A stretch of DNA of 64,000 nt. It comes from an uncultured Spirochaetales bacterium. GTDB lineage: Bacteria > Spirochaetota > Spirochaetia > JABEVK01. Position 1 is the first letter of the stretch. Every line of letters starts with the position of its first letter. This document shows, one piece after another, positions 19,480-29,540 of the stretch. The notes under the pieces are model-generated. The model had not been told where the DNA came from, did no database searches, and worked only from the letters and a program-made list of their open reading frames with translations. The position numbers were made by a program, and so were the translations under genes. The stretch lies in the NCBI GenBank assembly GCA_964475005.1, contig CAYYUZ010000003.1, forward strand, positions 3,500-67,499, in the 5' to 3' direction.

Positions 19480-19518
19480 GTGGACATAGCGCGAGGGGTA
19501 TCCTCGCGCTATGTCCAC
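19480..19518. promoter_or_regulatory. Perfect 17-bp inverted repeat (5-nt spacer) enclosing the dnaE start codon
   Basis: GTGGACATAGCGCGAGG-ggtat-CCTCGCGCTATGTCCAC; the dnaE ATG (19511) lies in the right arm. Either an mRNA hairpin occluding initiation or an operator for a dimeric regulator. Confidence 0.55.
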
Positions 19519-22500
19519 CTACGTCCCCCTCCATTGCCATACCGATTACAGCCTGCTCGACGGGGCGGCCTCGGTTGAGAAATTCGTTGCCAAGGCCAAG
19601 ACCTTGGGGCTTCCCGCACTGGCGATTACCGATCACGGCAACCTGTTCGGCGCCCTCAAATTCTGGAAAGAGTGCAAGAAGCAGGACATCAAACCCATCA
19701 TCGGGTGTGAGTTGTACGTCGCTCCCGGAAGCCGTTTCGACAAGGCCCGCAATGAGGAAGACAACCGGTATTATCACCTCGTTCTTCTGGCGCGGACCGA
19801 CGAGGGTTACCAGAACCTCCGCGTCCTATCGAGTCTGGGCTACACCGAAGGGTTCTACTACAAACCGCGGGTTGACTGGGAACTGATCCAGAAACACCAT
19901 GCTGGACTGATCTGCCTGTCGGCGTGCCTCGGCGGTGAAATTCCCCAGCTGATCCTGAGCGGAAAAATCGACCAGGCGCGGGCACGCATCATCGAGTACC
20001 GCGATCTTTTCGGCCCCGACGGCTACTGGCTCGAGCTGCAGAACCACGGCCTCGACGAACAGCAGACCGTCAACGAGAAGTTGATCCAACTCTCTGCTGA
20101 AACGGGAGTTGGACTAGTGGCGACCAACGACAGCCACTACGTCGACCGCGAGGACGCCGATGCCCAGGACACTTTGATCTGCATCGGCACCGGCAAGAAG
20201 AAAAACGACGTCAAGCGGATGAGCTTCGGAGCGCACGAGTTCTACGTCAAGAGTTTTGACGAAATGGAAGGACTCTTCAACGGGACTCCTGAAGCTCTGG
20301 CCAACACCCTGAAGATCGCCGATCTATGCCAGATGGAGATGAACCTGCCGGGGCCCCTGCTACCGGAATTCGAGGTGCCCGCGGACTTCATGGCGCGAAG
20401 CGAGGAGCTTGTCGGACCTGCGCTCCGCCGCCTGGAAGCCCGTCTAACCGACCAGGCCGAAGTGCGCAAGCGCCTGTTCGAACCCGCGACCCAGTACTTT
20501 GTCTGGCAGGCCAACAACGGTCTGTACAAGCGTTACACCAGCGTGACCCCCGAGATCCTCGACCGCATCGACTACGAGCTGCAGATCATCATCAGCATGG
20601 ACTTCGTGGGGTACTTTCTCATCGTCGCCGACTTCATCAACTGGGCCAAGGACCACGACATTCCCGTAGGCCCCGGGCGCGGTTCGGGCGCCGGTTCCAT
20701 TGTCGCCTACAGCCAGAGGATCACCGATATCGATCCTTTGAAGTACAAACTCCTTTTTGAACGTTTTTTGAACCCCGAACGCGTGTCGATGCCCGACTTC
20801 GACATCGACTTCTGCATGGACCGCCGTCCCGAAGTGGTCGATTACGTCACCAAACGCTACGGCGACGACAAGGTCGGCCAGATCATCACCTTTGGAACTC
20901 TCAAGCCCAAAGCCGCCCTCAAAGACGTGGCCCGTGTTCTCGATATCGGGTTCACCGAAGCCAACGCGCTCTCGGCCCTGGTCCCCGACGACCCGACCTT
21001 CAAGCTCCACCTTCACGAACTGCTAGCCGATCCCCTTCCCCAAAAATACGTGGACAAAGGCTGGCAGGAGAACAGCAACAAACTGAGGGAGTACTACCAG
21101 CGCGGTTCGGTGTACAAGGACCTTTTCGACACCGCCATGCGCCTCGAGGGCCTGAGCCGCCACGCTTCCACGCACGCTGCGGGGGTGGTCATCGGCAAGA
21201 CCCGCCTGACCGACTATGTGCCGCTCTACAAGGACCCCAAGACCGGACAGGTTACCACGCAGTTCACCATGGACCTTCTGGAAGAGTGCGGTCTGGTGAA
21301 GATGGACTTTTTGGGGCTGGCCACGCTCACCTTGATTCGCAACACGCTCAAGCTCATCGCCAAACGCGGCATTGTCCTGAAAGAAGAAGATATTCCCGAC
21401 ACCGATGAAAAGACCTTCCAAATGCTGAGCGAGGGCCGTTCGGCCTCGGTCTTCCAGTTTGAGTCGACAGGCATGCAGAAGGTTCTCAAACAGGCCAAGC
21501 CGACCTGCATCGAGGACCTGATCGCCTTGAACGCACTCTACCGCCCGGGCCCCATGGAAGAGATCCCCAACTTCATCAAGGGCAAGCAGAACCCGCGCAG
21601 CATCCAGTGGCTGCACGAGAGTCTCAAGGAGTGCCTGAAGGAAACCTACGGCGTCATCGTCTACCAGGAACAGGTCATGGAAGTCGCCCAGATCGTTGGC
21701 GGGTACAGCCTGGGCGGCGCTGACATCCTGCGCCGGGCCATGGGGAAGAAGAAGAAGGAGGAGATGGACAAGCAGGAGGTCAAATTCCTCGAAGGCGCCC
21801 AGAAAAAAGGTTACTCCAAAGAAGAGGCCAAACGGATTTTCGACTATCTTGTCCCGTTCGCCGGGTACGGCTTCAACAAGAGCCACGCCGCCGCTTACTC
21901 GGTGCTGGCCTACCAAACCGCTTGGCTGAAGGCCAACTATCCTGCCGAATACATGGCCGCCAACCTCACCAACGAGATGGACAATCAGGAAAAGATGGGC
22001 GACTACATGGCCGAGGCACGAGCCCTTGGGCTGAAGATTCTGCCGCCCCACGTCAACACCAGCGAGCGGCTTTTCACCGTGGTCGACGGCCAGATCGTCT
22101 ACGGGCTTCAGGGAGTCAAAAACATCGGCGAAGGCGCGGTCGAAGAGATTTTGAGGGCAAGGCAGGCGGGCGGACCGTTCAAAGATTTTCTCGACGTGCT
22201 CGACCGCGTCGACCTGAGAACGGTCAACAAGAGGGTGTTCGAGACGGGCATCCAGTGCGGGGTGTTCGACGGCCTGGGTCCCAACCGCGCTACCCTGTTC
22301 CATAACCTCGATAAGGCCATCGAGTGGGCCCAAAAACAAAAGGACGAGAAGGCCTCGGGGCAAGGAGGGCTGTTCGAGGGCACCGACGACGCCGTGGCTC
22401 CGCTCGAAATCGTCGCTTTTGACGAATGGCCTCAGAAGGAACTTCTCAACTTCGAAAAGGTCAACCTCGGTACCTTTGTGTCGGGCCATCCTCTCGACCC

Positions 22501-23089
22501 CATCCGCGAACAGTGGAAGCAAACCGTCACCGTCGACCTTTCCAAGCCCCGCAAAACCGAAGGCGACGATAAGGTCGACCAAGTCATGGGCCTGGTTACC
22601 GGCATCAAGACCATTATTACGAAAAAGGGCGACAAGATGGCGTGGGCGACCTTGGAAGATTTCGCCGGAACCATCGAACTCGTGTTTTTTCCCCGGACCC
22701 TCAAACAGGTGGAAATGATTCTGAACGCGGAGGGCCAGCCGGTACTTGTCGAGGAAGCCGTCCTTGGGTTCCGAGGCAAGGTCGAGATCGGCGACGAGAA
22801 GGCCAAGTTCATCGTGAACGAGGTCGTTCAACCGCAGGGGTTAGCACAGGTCAGGGCGCTCACCGTCCACGTGAAGGTCAAACAGAAGGCCTGGACCGAA
22901 GCCGAGGTCGAGAAGGTGCTCCACTACTTTCTTGACCACCAAGGAGGCTCGCCGCTTGTCCTTCACCTCACCGACGGTCAAAGGGAATTGAAAGTGAAAG
23001 CCCCCAACGGGGTAAGAGTCGCCTCCAGCCAAGAAATCCTTGAGAAATTTCAGAGCCAGAACTGGGCCGAATCGGTGTGGCGGGAGTAG
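19511..23089 (+). CDS. dnaE: DNA polymerase III alpha subunit
   Basis: 1192 aa; PHP domain start YVPLHCHTDYSLLDGA. Full-length alpha subunit. Confidence 0.9.
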   Translation: MSTYVPLHCHTDYSLLDGAASVEKFVAKAKTLGLPALAITDHGNLFGALKFWKECKKQDIKPIIGCELYVAPGSRFDKARNEEDNRYYHLVLLARTDEGYQNLRVLSSLGYTEGFYYKPRVDWELIQKHHAGLICLSACLGGEIPQLILSGKIDQARARIIEYRDLFGPDGYWLELQNHGLDEQQTVNEKLIQLSAETGVGLVATNDSHYVDREDADAQDTLICIGTGKKKNDVKRMSFGAHEFYVKSFDEMEGLFNGTPEALANTLKIADLCQMEMNLPGPLLPEFEVPADFMARSEELVGPALRRLEARLTDQAEVRKRLFEPATQYFVWQANNGLYKRYTSVTPEILDRIDYELQIIISMDFVGYFLIVADFINWAKDHDIPVGPGRGSGAGSIVAYSQRITDIDPLKYKLLFERFLNPERVSMPDFDIDFCMDRRPEVVDYVTKRYGDDKVGQIITFGTLKPKAALKDVARVLDIGFTEANALSALVPDDPTFKLHLHELLADPLPQKYVDKGWQENSNKLREYYQRGSVYKDLFDTAMRLEGLSRHASTHAAGVVIGKTRLTDYVPLYKDPKTGQVTTQFTMDLLEECGLVKMDFLGLATLTLIRNTLKLIAKRGIVLKEEDIPDTDEKTFQMLSEGRSASVFQFESTGMQKVLKQAKPTCIEDLIALNALYRPGPMEEIPNFIKGKQNPRSIQWLHESLKECLKETYGVIVYQEQVMEVAQIVGGYSLGGADILRRAMGKKKKEEMDKQEVKFLEGAQKKGYSKEEAKRIFDYLVPFAGYGFNKSHAAAYSVLAYQTAWLKANYPAEYMAANLTNEMDNQEKMGDYMAEARALGLKILPPHVNTSERLFTVVDGQIVYGLQGVKNIGEGAVEEILRARQAGGPFKDFLDVLDRVDLRTVNKRVFETGIQCGVFDGLGPNRATLFHNLDKAIEWAQKQKDEKASGQGGLFEGTDDAVAPLEIVAFDEWPQKELLNFEKVNLGTFVSGHPLDPIREQWKQTVTVDLSKPRKTEGDDKVDQVMGLVTGIKTIITKKGDKMAWATLEDFAGTIELVFFPRTLKQVEMILNAEGQPVLVEEAVLGFRGKVEIGDEKAKFIVNEVVQPQGLAQVRALTVHVKVKQKAWTEAEVEKVLHYFLDHQGGSPLVLHLTDGQRELKVKAPNGVRVASSQEILEKFQSQNWAESVWRE

Positions 23090-23164
23090 AGAGGTCACCG
23101 ACATCAGGTCTCTAGTCTGTTTCTAAAACATGAGTTAATATGTCAGAAAATAGAAGAAGAAATC

Positions 23165-24793
23165 GTGATGTCCAAGCCGTCCGACCCTTCCAATATAAAA
23201 CGTGAAAGGCCCATTGCTCCTTGGCGGATCTGTCATCTTGGCGGAATTGTCAGTATCGCGTTCGCGGTCCTTGTCGCTTCCTGTGAGAATCCCAGCCGTG
23301 TTGTCTGGAAGGCTCCCCCGGCGTCGCCACCGGCGCCTACTCCGCCTTGGGCGGTCACCAATACCGCCGGAACGGACTTTTCCCAGTTTGATAGCGTAGG
23401 GATAGACGGTTCGGACAACGTGTACGCCGTGGGGGCCCTGAAGAACCTCGCTACGTACAGTTTCGGAAACCTGCCGCTGTTCACCACAATAGACACTGGA
23501 GGCGCCAACGACAGCGTCTTGGTGAAATACAATTCCTCAGGAACGGCGCTTTGGACACGGATCGAAACCTTGGGAAACCAGGGAGACAACCAGTTTGTGG
23601 CGGTTGCCGTCGATACAGCGGGGAATTCGTACGTCGCGGGATACAGCCGGACCAGCGGGTGGCCGATTGCGTGGGGGAACGGCGTCAGCTTCGTTCCGTC
23701 ATCGACCTATCCTTGGGAGCTGCTTTTTATGAAGTTCGATACCAACGGGTCGGTCCAATGGATTTCGACCCAAACAGGTGGATACATCAGCCTTAGCCGC
23801 GGGGCGGCCGTTGATTCCTCAGGAAACAGTTTTCAGGTGGGCGACATCGAATCCACCGGGGGCTTCACCATCGGCAGCTCGGCGGGAGGATCGGTCGGAG
23901 TCACAGGAATCAACAGCACGGACAACGGCACCGGGAACAACGCCAATGGGTTTTTGGTCAAATACAACACCAGCGGCGTTCCGTCGTGGGTCCAAACCCC
24001 TATTTCAGGAACCCCTGTCCCCCTGGCCACCGACTACTTCGCGGCGGCCGCTGACAGCTCGGGAAACATCGCGGTAGCCGGTTACCTTTCCGGGGCAGGC
24101 GGGGGGAGCGTGGATTTTGGAGGACAATCCGCGGCCGGCGGCTACACCACGAACGTCGGCGGAAACGCCAACGCGCTCGTTGTGAAATATGACACCAATG
24201 GAGCCGCACAATGGGCTCGAACCACGGGGGCCGGGGCTCCAGGACCCAGCACTTTCTCGGGCGATTGTGTGGATTCCGCCGGCGACATTTACGCCGTTGG
24301 GTGGGTCACAGGCCCCGGAACCTTTGATTTTGGCAGCGGCCAAACCTTCAACGTCACGGTTTCTGGCCACAATGCAGTTCTCGTCAAATACAATGCCTCT
24401 GGCACCACGCTTTGGGCGAGAAGTTCCACGGGAGGAAGCGCGGCGAGCGAGTTTGCAGGGGTGGCTATCGACAAGAACGGGAATGTCCTCGTGTCAGGAC
24501 AATTCACCGGTCCCGGGAACTGTCAGTTTGGAAGCCAAACCGTCTCCGGGTCCGTCAGCGGAACGAACGCTCTGATGGTGAAGTACGACGCCAACGGCAA
24601 CGCGATGTCCGCGGCGACGGTGACATCGGCATTGGCACCCAGCCAGTTCTACGGGGTGGCGGCCGATTCTGCTGGACACCCCCACGCGGTGGGTTTTGTG
24701 AACGGCAACGCGCCGTTTTCCTTCGGCAACAATTTGTCGGTCACTGGGCCAGCGGCCAGCCTCAACAACGCTCTGATCGTCAAGTATCCGTGA
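23165..24793 (+). CDS. Secreted beta-propeller repeat (SBBP-like) protein
   Basis: Signal/TM at the N-terminus, then about 8 degenerate roughly 50-aa repeats of the pattern G(N/D)xYV(A/T)G..., similar to PF06739. Confidence 0.5.
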   Translation: MMSKPSDPSNIKRERPIAPWRICHLGGIVSIAFAVLVASCENPSRVVWKAPPASPPAPTPPWAVTNTAGTDFSQFDSVGIDGSDNVYAVGALKNLATYSFGNLPLFTTIDTGGANDSVLVKYNSSGTALWTRIETLGNQGDNQFVAVAVDTAGNSYVAGYSRTSGWPIAWGNGVSFVPSSTYPWELLFMKFDTNGSVQWISTQTGGYISLSRGAAVDSSGNSFQVGDIESTGGFTIGSSAGGSVGVTGINSTDNGTGNNANGFLVKYNTSGVPSWVQTPISGTPVPLATDYFAAAADSSGNIAVAGYLSGAGGGSVDFGGQSAAGGYTTNVGGNANALVVKYDTNGAAQWARTTGAGAPGPSTFSGDCVDSAGDIYAVGWVTGPGTFDFGSGQTFNVTVSGHNAVLVKYNASGTTLWARSSTGGSAASEFAGVAIDKNGNVLVSGQFTGPGNCQFGSQTVSGSVSGTNALMVKYDANGNAMSAATVTSALAPSQFYGVAADSAGHPHAVGFVNGNAPFSFGNNLSVTGPAASLNNALIVKYP

Positions 24794-24861
24794 CCGTCAG
24801 GCCGCGGTATCTCCATTTTTCCCCTCTTCTCTTCTAGCTGGAAAAGCGTTACCCTCAACCC

Positions 24862-25455
24862 ATGAATTGGCTTCCTCCCATCATGGGGGTCGTGTCGTCC
24901 CTGTTGCAGGTCTACATGCTCCTTCTCGTCATCCGCATCGTTCTGACGTGGGTTTCCATGGACCACGGCCATCCGGTGATCCGCATTCTTCATTCTATCA
25001 CCGACCCCTACCTCAACTGGTTCCGACGGTTCAGGTTTCTGGTTCTGGGAAACCTCGATTTTTCTCCTCTGGCCGCACTCCTCGTGGTCAATTTCTTTGC
25101 CAGTCTTGTCCGCATGATTGGAATGTACGGCCAGGTGAAGCTGGGGATCGTTCTGACGATTCTTGTCCAGCTGCTCTGGGAGGCCGTCTCGTTCTTCTTT
25201 CTCCTCTTGGGAATCCTGGCCCTTGTACGGTTTCTGGCTCTTCAGTTCCGCTGGGGGGGCCAGGCGATCTGGGCGTACCTTGACGCCATTCTGCAGCCGG
25301 CCGCCAACGGCCTTGGACGACTTCTTCGTCCCCGTTCGATCCCGTCCTACACGACCACGTTGCTGGCTCTTGCGGCCCTCAATCTTATCGTCTGGGGCGT
25401 GGGGCGCTTTTTGATCGAACTTCTGACCCGCTTCCTCGTGGCCCTGCCCGTGTGA
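24862..25455 (+). CDS. yggT: YggT family membrane protein (tandem YggT repeats)
   Basis: 197 aa with two YggT-like units (LLVIRIVLTWV...DPYLNWFRRF). Confidence 0.55.
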   Translation: MNWLPPIMGVVSSLLQVYMLLLVIRIVLTWVSMDHGHPVIRILHSITDPYLNWFRRFRFLVLGNLDFSPLAALLVVNFFASLVRMIGMYGQVKLGIVLTILVQLLWEAVSFFFLLLGILALVRFLALQFRWGGQAIWAYLDAILQPAANGLGRLLRPRSIPSYTTTLLALAALNLIVWGVGRFLIELLTRFLVALPV

Positions 25456-25462
25456 GGCGTGG

Positions 25463-27550
25463 GTGCTCCTCGGCGAACTGACGGTTTCCGTGACCCGGCT
25501 CAAGGGAGCCGGACCTGCGGCCGTCCGTGACTTGGCCAAGCTGGGAATCTCCACCGTGGCCCAGCTGCTGGAGCACCTTCCTCGCGACCACATCAACCGC
25601 CGCGACGAGGTGACTTTTCGTCAAGCCATGGCGACAGGACGTCCCGCCAACACAGTGGCCAGGGTCGTCCTTCACTCGCACTTTGGGCCGCCGCATCGAG
25701 CCACCCTGAAACTCCACCTGATCGACCGCGAAGGAACACCGGCGGAACTGCCTTGTTTCAACCGTCCGTTCCTTGAAAAGTCCTGGCCCGTCAACGCGTG
25801 GGTCTGGGTTTTCGGCGTACCCGAGATGAAGTACGGAAGCCTTCAGATCGCGGCCTTTGATCTCGACCTGCCTCCCACAGGCTTTGAACCCGGGGCTGCC
25901 TTGGGCGAGGCCGGCACCCTGGTCCCCCTCTATTCCTTGGCAGGAACCCTCAATCAAGCCGGAGTGGCCAGACTTGTCGCTCAGGCCTGGCACGACTACG
26001 TTCCCGAACCCCTCGAAGACGAACTGCCTCCCGAATACGCTCGCCTTCATGGCCTGTGGCCCCTCGATCAGGCGTTGCGGACCCTGCACAGGCCGCCCAC
26101 ACCCGAGGCGCTGGCCCAGGCGAGGCGGACGTGGATTCACCGCGAACTGTTTCACCTTCAGACGGCCATTCTTCGTCGCCCGACGGCCCTCAAGACCAAC
26201 GGAAGACCGCCCCAGAGGTTCTCCCATACGCTCAAGAACCACTTTCTGGAACGGTTGCCGTTTGCCTTGACACCAGACCAGAAGACCGTGGTCGCCGAAA
26301 TCGAGGCCGACCTCGAATCGGAAAAGCCCATGGCGCGTTTGCTTCAAGGTGACGTGGGCAGCGGGAAGACCCTGGTGGCCTTCCTTTCGGCCCTCCCCCT
26401 GATTGAGGCCGGATACCAGTGTGCGCTGATGGCGCCGACCGAGCTTCTGGCTCTGCAGCACGCGGAAAACGCCGCCAAGCTGCTCGATCCCCTGGGGGTC
26501 AAAATTGCCTTTCTGTCGGGAAACCTGAAAGCTGCCGGGCGGGGCCTGCTGCTCGCCGAACTGGCTTCCGGAGGAATCGACTTTGTGGTGGGCACGCACG
26601 CGCTGTTTAGCCAAGGGGTCGAGTTCAAGAACCTCCGCTACGTCGTCATCGACGAACAGCACCGCTTCGGCGTGGTCCAGCGCCAGGCCATGACCCGCAA
26701 AGGTCCCGACCCCGATCTGCTCTTGATGAGCGCGACGCCCATTCCCCGCACATTGGCGTTGACCGCATTCGGAGACCTCAAGACGTCGGTGATCAAGACC
26801 ATGCCGCTGGGACGCAAGCCCATCGTCACCCACACTAACAAGATGAGCAACCAGCAGAGGGTCTACGATTTTGTCCGCCAGGAGCTGAGGGCCGGACGGC
26901 AAGCGTATTTTGTGTATCCCCTCATCGAGGCCAGCGAAGTCCTCGACCTCAAAGACGCCCAGAGCATGACCGAGAGTCTGGCCCAGATCTTCGAAGGGTT
27001 TCGTGTGGGCCTCATCCACAGCCGCCTCGATGATGACCACAAGCGCTCGGTCATGGAGGAATTCAGCCAGGGAAAAGTTCACGTTCTGGTCGCCACCAGC
27101 GTGGTCGAAGTGGGCGTTGACGTAGCCAACGCCACGTGCATGGTGATCGAACACGCCGAACGCTTTGGTCTCTCGGCGCTGCATCAGCTACGAGGCCGTG
27201 TCGGGCGCTCCGATTTGCAGAGCTATTGTTTTCTCGTGTACGGAGAAGCCTTGACCGACGACGGCAAGACACGAATCCGGGTCATGATGGAAACGACTGA
27301 CGGCTTCCGTATCGCCGAAGAAGATTTGAAACTGCGCGGTCCCGGCGACATCGCGGGAATGAAACAGTCGGGCTTCCTCAAGCTCAAGGCGGCCGACCTT
27401 GGCCGGGATCTCGACATCCTTGTCGGTTGCCGCGACTACCTGACAGAACTCCTAACCCGCGATCCGGGATTTTTGGAGCCGGCCCAGGCCGGGTTGCGCC
27501 GGCTCTGGGCCAACTGCCCGCCCTTCAGCGACGAACTTGTGGCACTTTAG
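25463..27550 (+). CDS. recG: ATP-dependent DNA helicase RecG
   Basis: 695 aa; wedge domain, helicase motif I DVGSGKTLVA, DExH (VIDEQHRFG), TRG motif region. Confidence 0.9.
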   Translation: MLLGELTVSVTRLKGAGPAAVRDLAKLGISTVAQLLEHLPRDHINRRDEVTFRQAMATGRPANTVARVVLHSHFGPPHRATLKLHLIDREGTPAELPCFNRPFLEKSWPVNAWVWVFGVPEMKYGSLQIAAFDLDLPPTGFEPGAALGEAGTLVPLYSLAGTLNQAGVARLVAQAWHDYVPEPLEDELPPEYARLHGLWPLDQALRTLHRPPTPEALAQARRTWIHRELFHLQTAILRRPTALKTNGRPPQRFSHTLKNHFLERLPFALTPDQKTVVAEIEADLESEKPMARLLQGDVGSGKTLVAFLSALPLIEAGYQCALMAPTELLALQHAENAAKLLDPLGVKIAFLSGNLKAAGRGLLLAELASGGIDFVVGTHALFSQGVEFKNLRYVVIDEQHRFGVVQRQAMTRKGPDPDLLLMSATPIPRTLALTAFGDLKTSVIKTMPLGRKPIVTHTNKMSNQQRVYDFVRQELRAGRQAYFVYPLIEASEVLDLKDAQSMTESLAQIFEGFRVGLIHSRLDDDHKRSVMEEFSQGKVHVLVATSVVEVGVDVANATCMVIEHAERFGLSALHQLRGRVGRSDLQSYCFLVYGEALTDDGKTRIRVMMETTDGFRIAEEDLKLRGPGDIAGMKQSGFLKLKAADLGRDLDILVGCRDYLTELLTRDPGFLEPAQAGLRRLWANCPPFSDELVAL

Positions 27551-27971
27551 TATCTTGCTGTGTGCTTTTCGGGAAGACCTTAACAAGAGACAACGGAGAG
27601 GAAAAATCACCGCCCGCTACGCTCAAGGGCGCATAGGAACGCCGAGGGAAGACGAAGAGCGGAAGAAGGGTTAGAAGAACTCTCGTATTCAAGTTTTCTT
27701 TGTGTACTTGGCGGCTAGCGTCCCGTCAAGTGGTGTAAGAGTGGTGGTCGACCAGTTTCCGCAGATAGTGCGGACCTCCCCAGGGACCACCCTGCAGCCA
27801 AGGAACGGTTTGGTGTCAGGCAAGCGCAGAATCTCTTTCTGGCTTCAAATCGCTGAGGAAAGACACTTGCTCGGCCGTCTTCAGGTTATACGAAGCGAGA
27901 TTATTCGGATCTTTTTGTTTTTTTCTCAAATACTTTGACTTAAAGCACTTGAAGTTTCTAGCTTGTAAAGT

Positions 27972-28385
27972 ATGAAGAACGACTTGGAAAACAGCGTGAT
28001 CTTTGGCAAAGGTGATTCAAATCCCTTTGGGCAATATTTCAGTGGACAAAGTTATCTGAACATCCTTACTCGCGAAGGTGTCTTGACGGCCAATGTCACC
28101 TTTGAGCCTGGATGTCGAAACAACTGGCATATCCACCAAGCGACTGAAAAAGGCGGACAGATCCTGCTCGTTACTGGTGGAAGGGGTTGGTATCAGGAGT
28201 CAGGAAAAGCGGCGCGGGAGCTCATCGCCGGAGATGTCGTTCATATTCCATCTGGTATCAAACACTGGCATGGTGCTGCCCGAGACAGTTGGTTTGTCCA
28301 TATCGCGATTGAGATTCCTGGGGTCGGTGCGAGCACCCAATGGCTAGAACCAGTGTCTGACGCCGAGTATGGGAAGTTGAAGTAA
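27972..28385 (+). CDS. Cupin-2 domain protein
   Basis: 137 aa; cupin motifs NWHIHQATEKGGQILLVTGG and HIPSGIKHWHGA; markedly lower GC than its flanks. Confidence 0.6.
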   Translation: MKNDLENSVIFGKGDSNPFGQYFSGQSYLNILTREGVLTANVTFEPGCRNNWHIHQATEKGGQILLVTGGRGWYQESGKAARELIAGDVVHIPSGIKHWHGAARDSWFVHIAIEIPGVGASTQWLEPVSDAEYGKLK

Positions 28386-28401
28386 AGGCGAAGGAGAAAA
28401 C

Positions 28402-28976
<575 letters not shown>

Positions 28977-29001
28977 TCGGACGGGCAAGGAGGAAGAGCG
29001 A

Positions 29002-29463
29002 TTGAGTACCATTTCAACGGACAGACTCTATTCCATCAAAGAGGCTTCACAGCTGACGGGCTTACCCGCCAGCACTCTTCGCTACTACGAGACCATCGGG
29101 ATCATTGAACCTGTGGCCCGCGGAGATACGAGCGGTCACCGGCAGTACACCCAAGAAATGCTCAACACCATCGACGCTGTCGCCTGTCTCAATGCCACCG
29201 GGATGCCCCTAGACGAGATGCGCGAGTACCTGAACAACCGCAGCCGGGGCTCCAACGCGGCCGATGCGGTGATCCAGCTCCTAGAAGCCCACGAACGGAG
29301 ACTGAAGACCGAACAAATGTTCTTGAAACTGCGCAAACAGTACGTCGGCCTCAAGATCGCGTATTGGAAGGCCGTCAAAGCCGGTGACCAGGCTCAGGTT
29401 AAGCAGATTGGGGAAATGGCGCAAAAGCTGGCTCATGACCTCAAGTTTCGGCAAGACCTTTGA
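29002..29463 (+). CDS. MerR-family transcriptional regulator, AdhR-like (thiol-based aldehyde sensor candidate)
   Basis: MerR HTH (YSIKEASQLTGLPASTLRYYETIGII). Start assigned to TTG at 29002, with AAGGAGGAAG RBS 6 nt upstream. Single Cys in AVACLNATGM at the position of the sensing Cys of Bacillus AdhR. A Zn-ADH follows directly. Confidence 0.65.
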   Translation: MSTISTDRLYSIKEASQLTGLPASTLRYYETIGIIEPVARGDTSGHRQYTQEMLNTIDAVACLNATGMPLDEMREYLNNRSRGSNAADAVIQLLEAHERRLKTEQMFLKLRKQYVGLKIAYWKAVKAGDQAQVKQIGEMAQKLAHDLKFRQDL

Positions 29464-29540
29464 ACTGTATTGCGGCAGCCAAGATCTCGATTGGCCGACC
29501 ACGTTGAAGTCATTGAAAACTGACAAGTAAGGGAGACTCG

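Noticed and set aside
19259-19489. 76-aa basic ORF upstream of dnaE
   Set aside because: Its sequence is generated by the GAGCGAAGCGA direct repeats (RQAKRW/AERSESR). There is no RBS, and it lies in the dnaE leader.
21023-22831. 602-aa minus-strand ORF, and other long antisense ORFs (13242-14399, 25385-27184, 58784-60460, 329-1243, 1138-2172, 49600-50328)
   Set aside because: They lie entirely antisense to strongly supported conserved genes (dnaE, gcvP, recG, coxA, DUF115 genes, mvaS). High GC suppresses stop codons in antisense frames. Their amino-acid composition is Arg/Gly/Pro-biased with no motifs.
27550-27972. tRNA or integrase signature at the island boundaries (27550-27972 and 32000-32350)
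   Set aside because: Read by eye, no T-arm GGTTCGA(A/G)TCC motif with a matching acceptor stem was found, no integrase or recombinase ORF is present, and no direct-repeat att candidates were found. The island call therefore rests on composition and gene content only.
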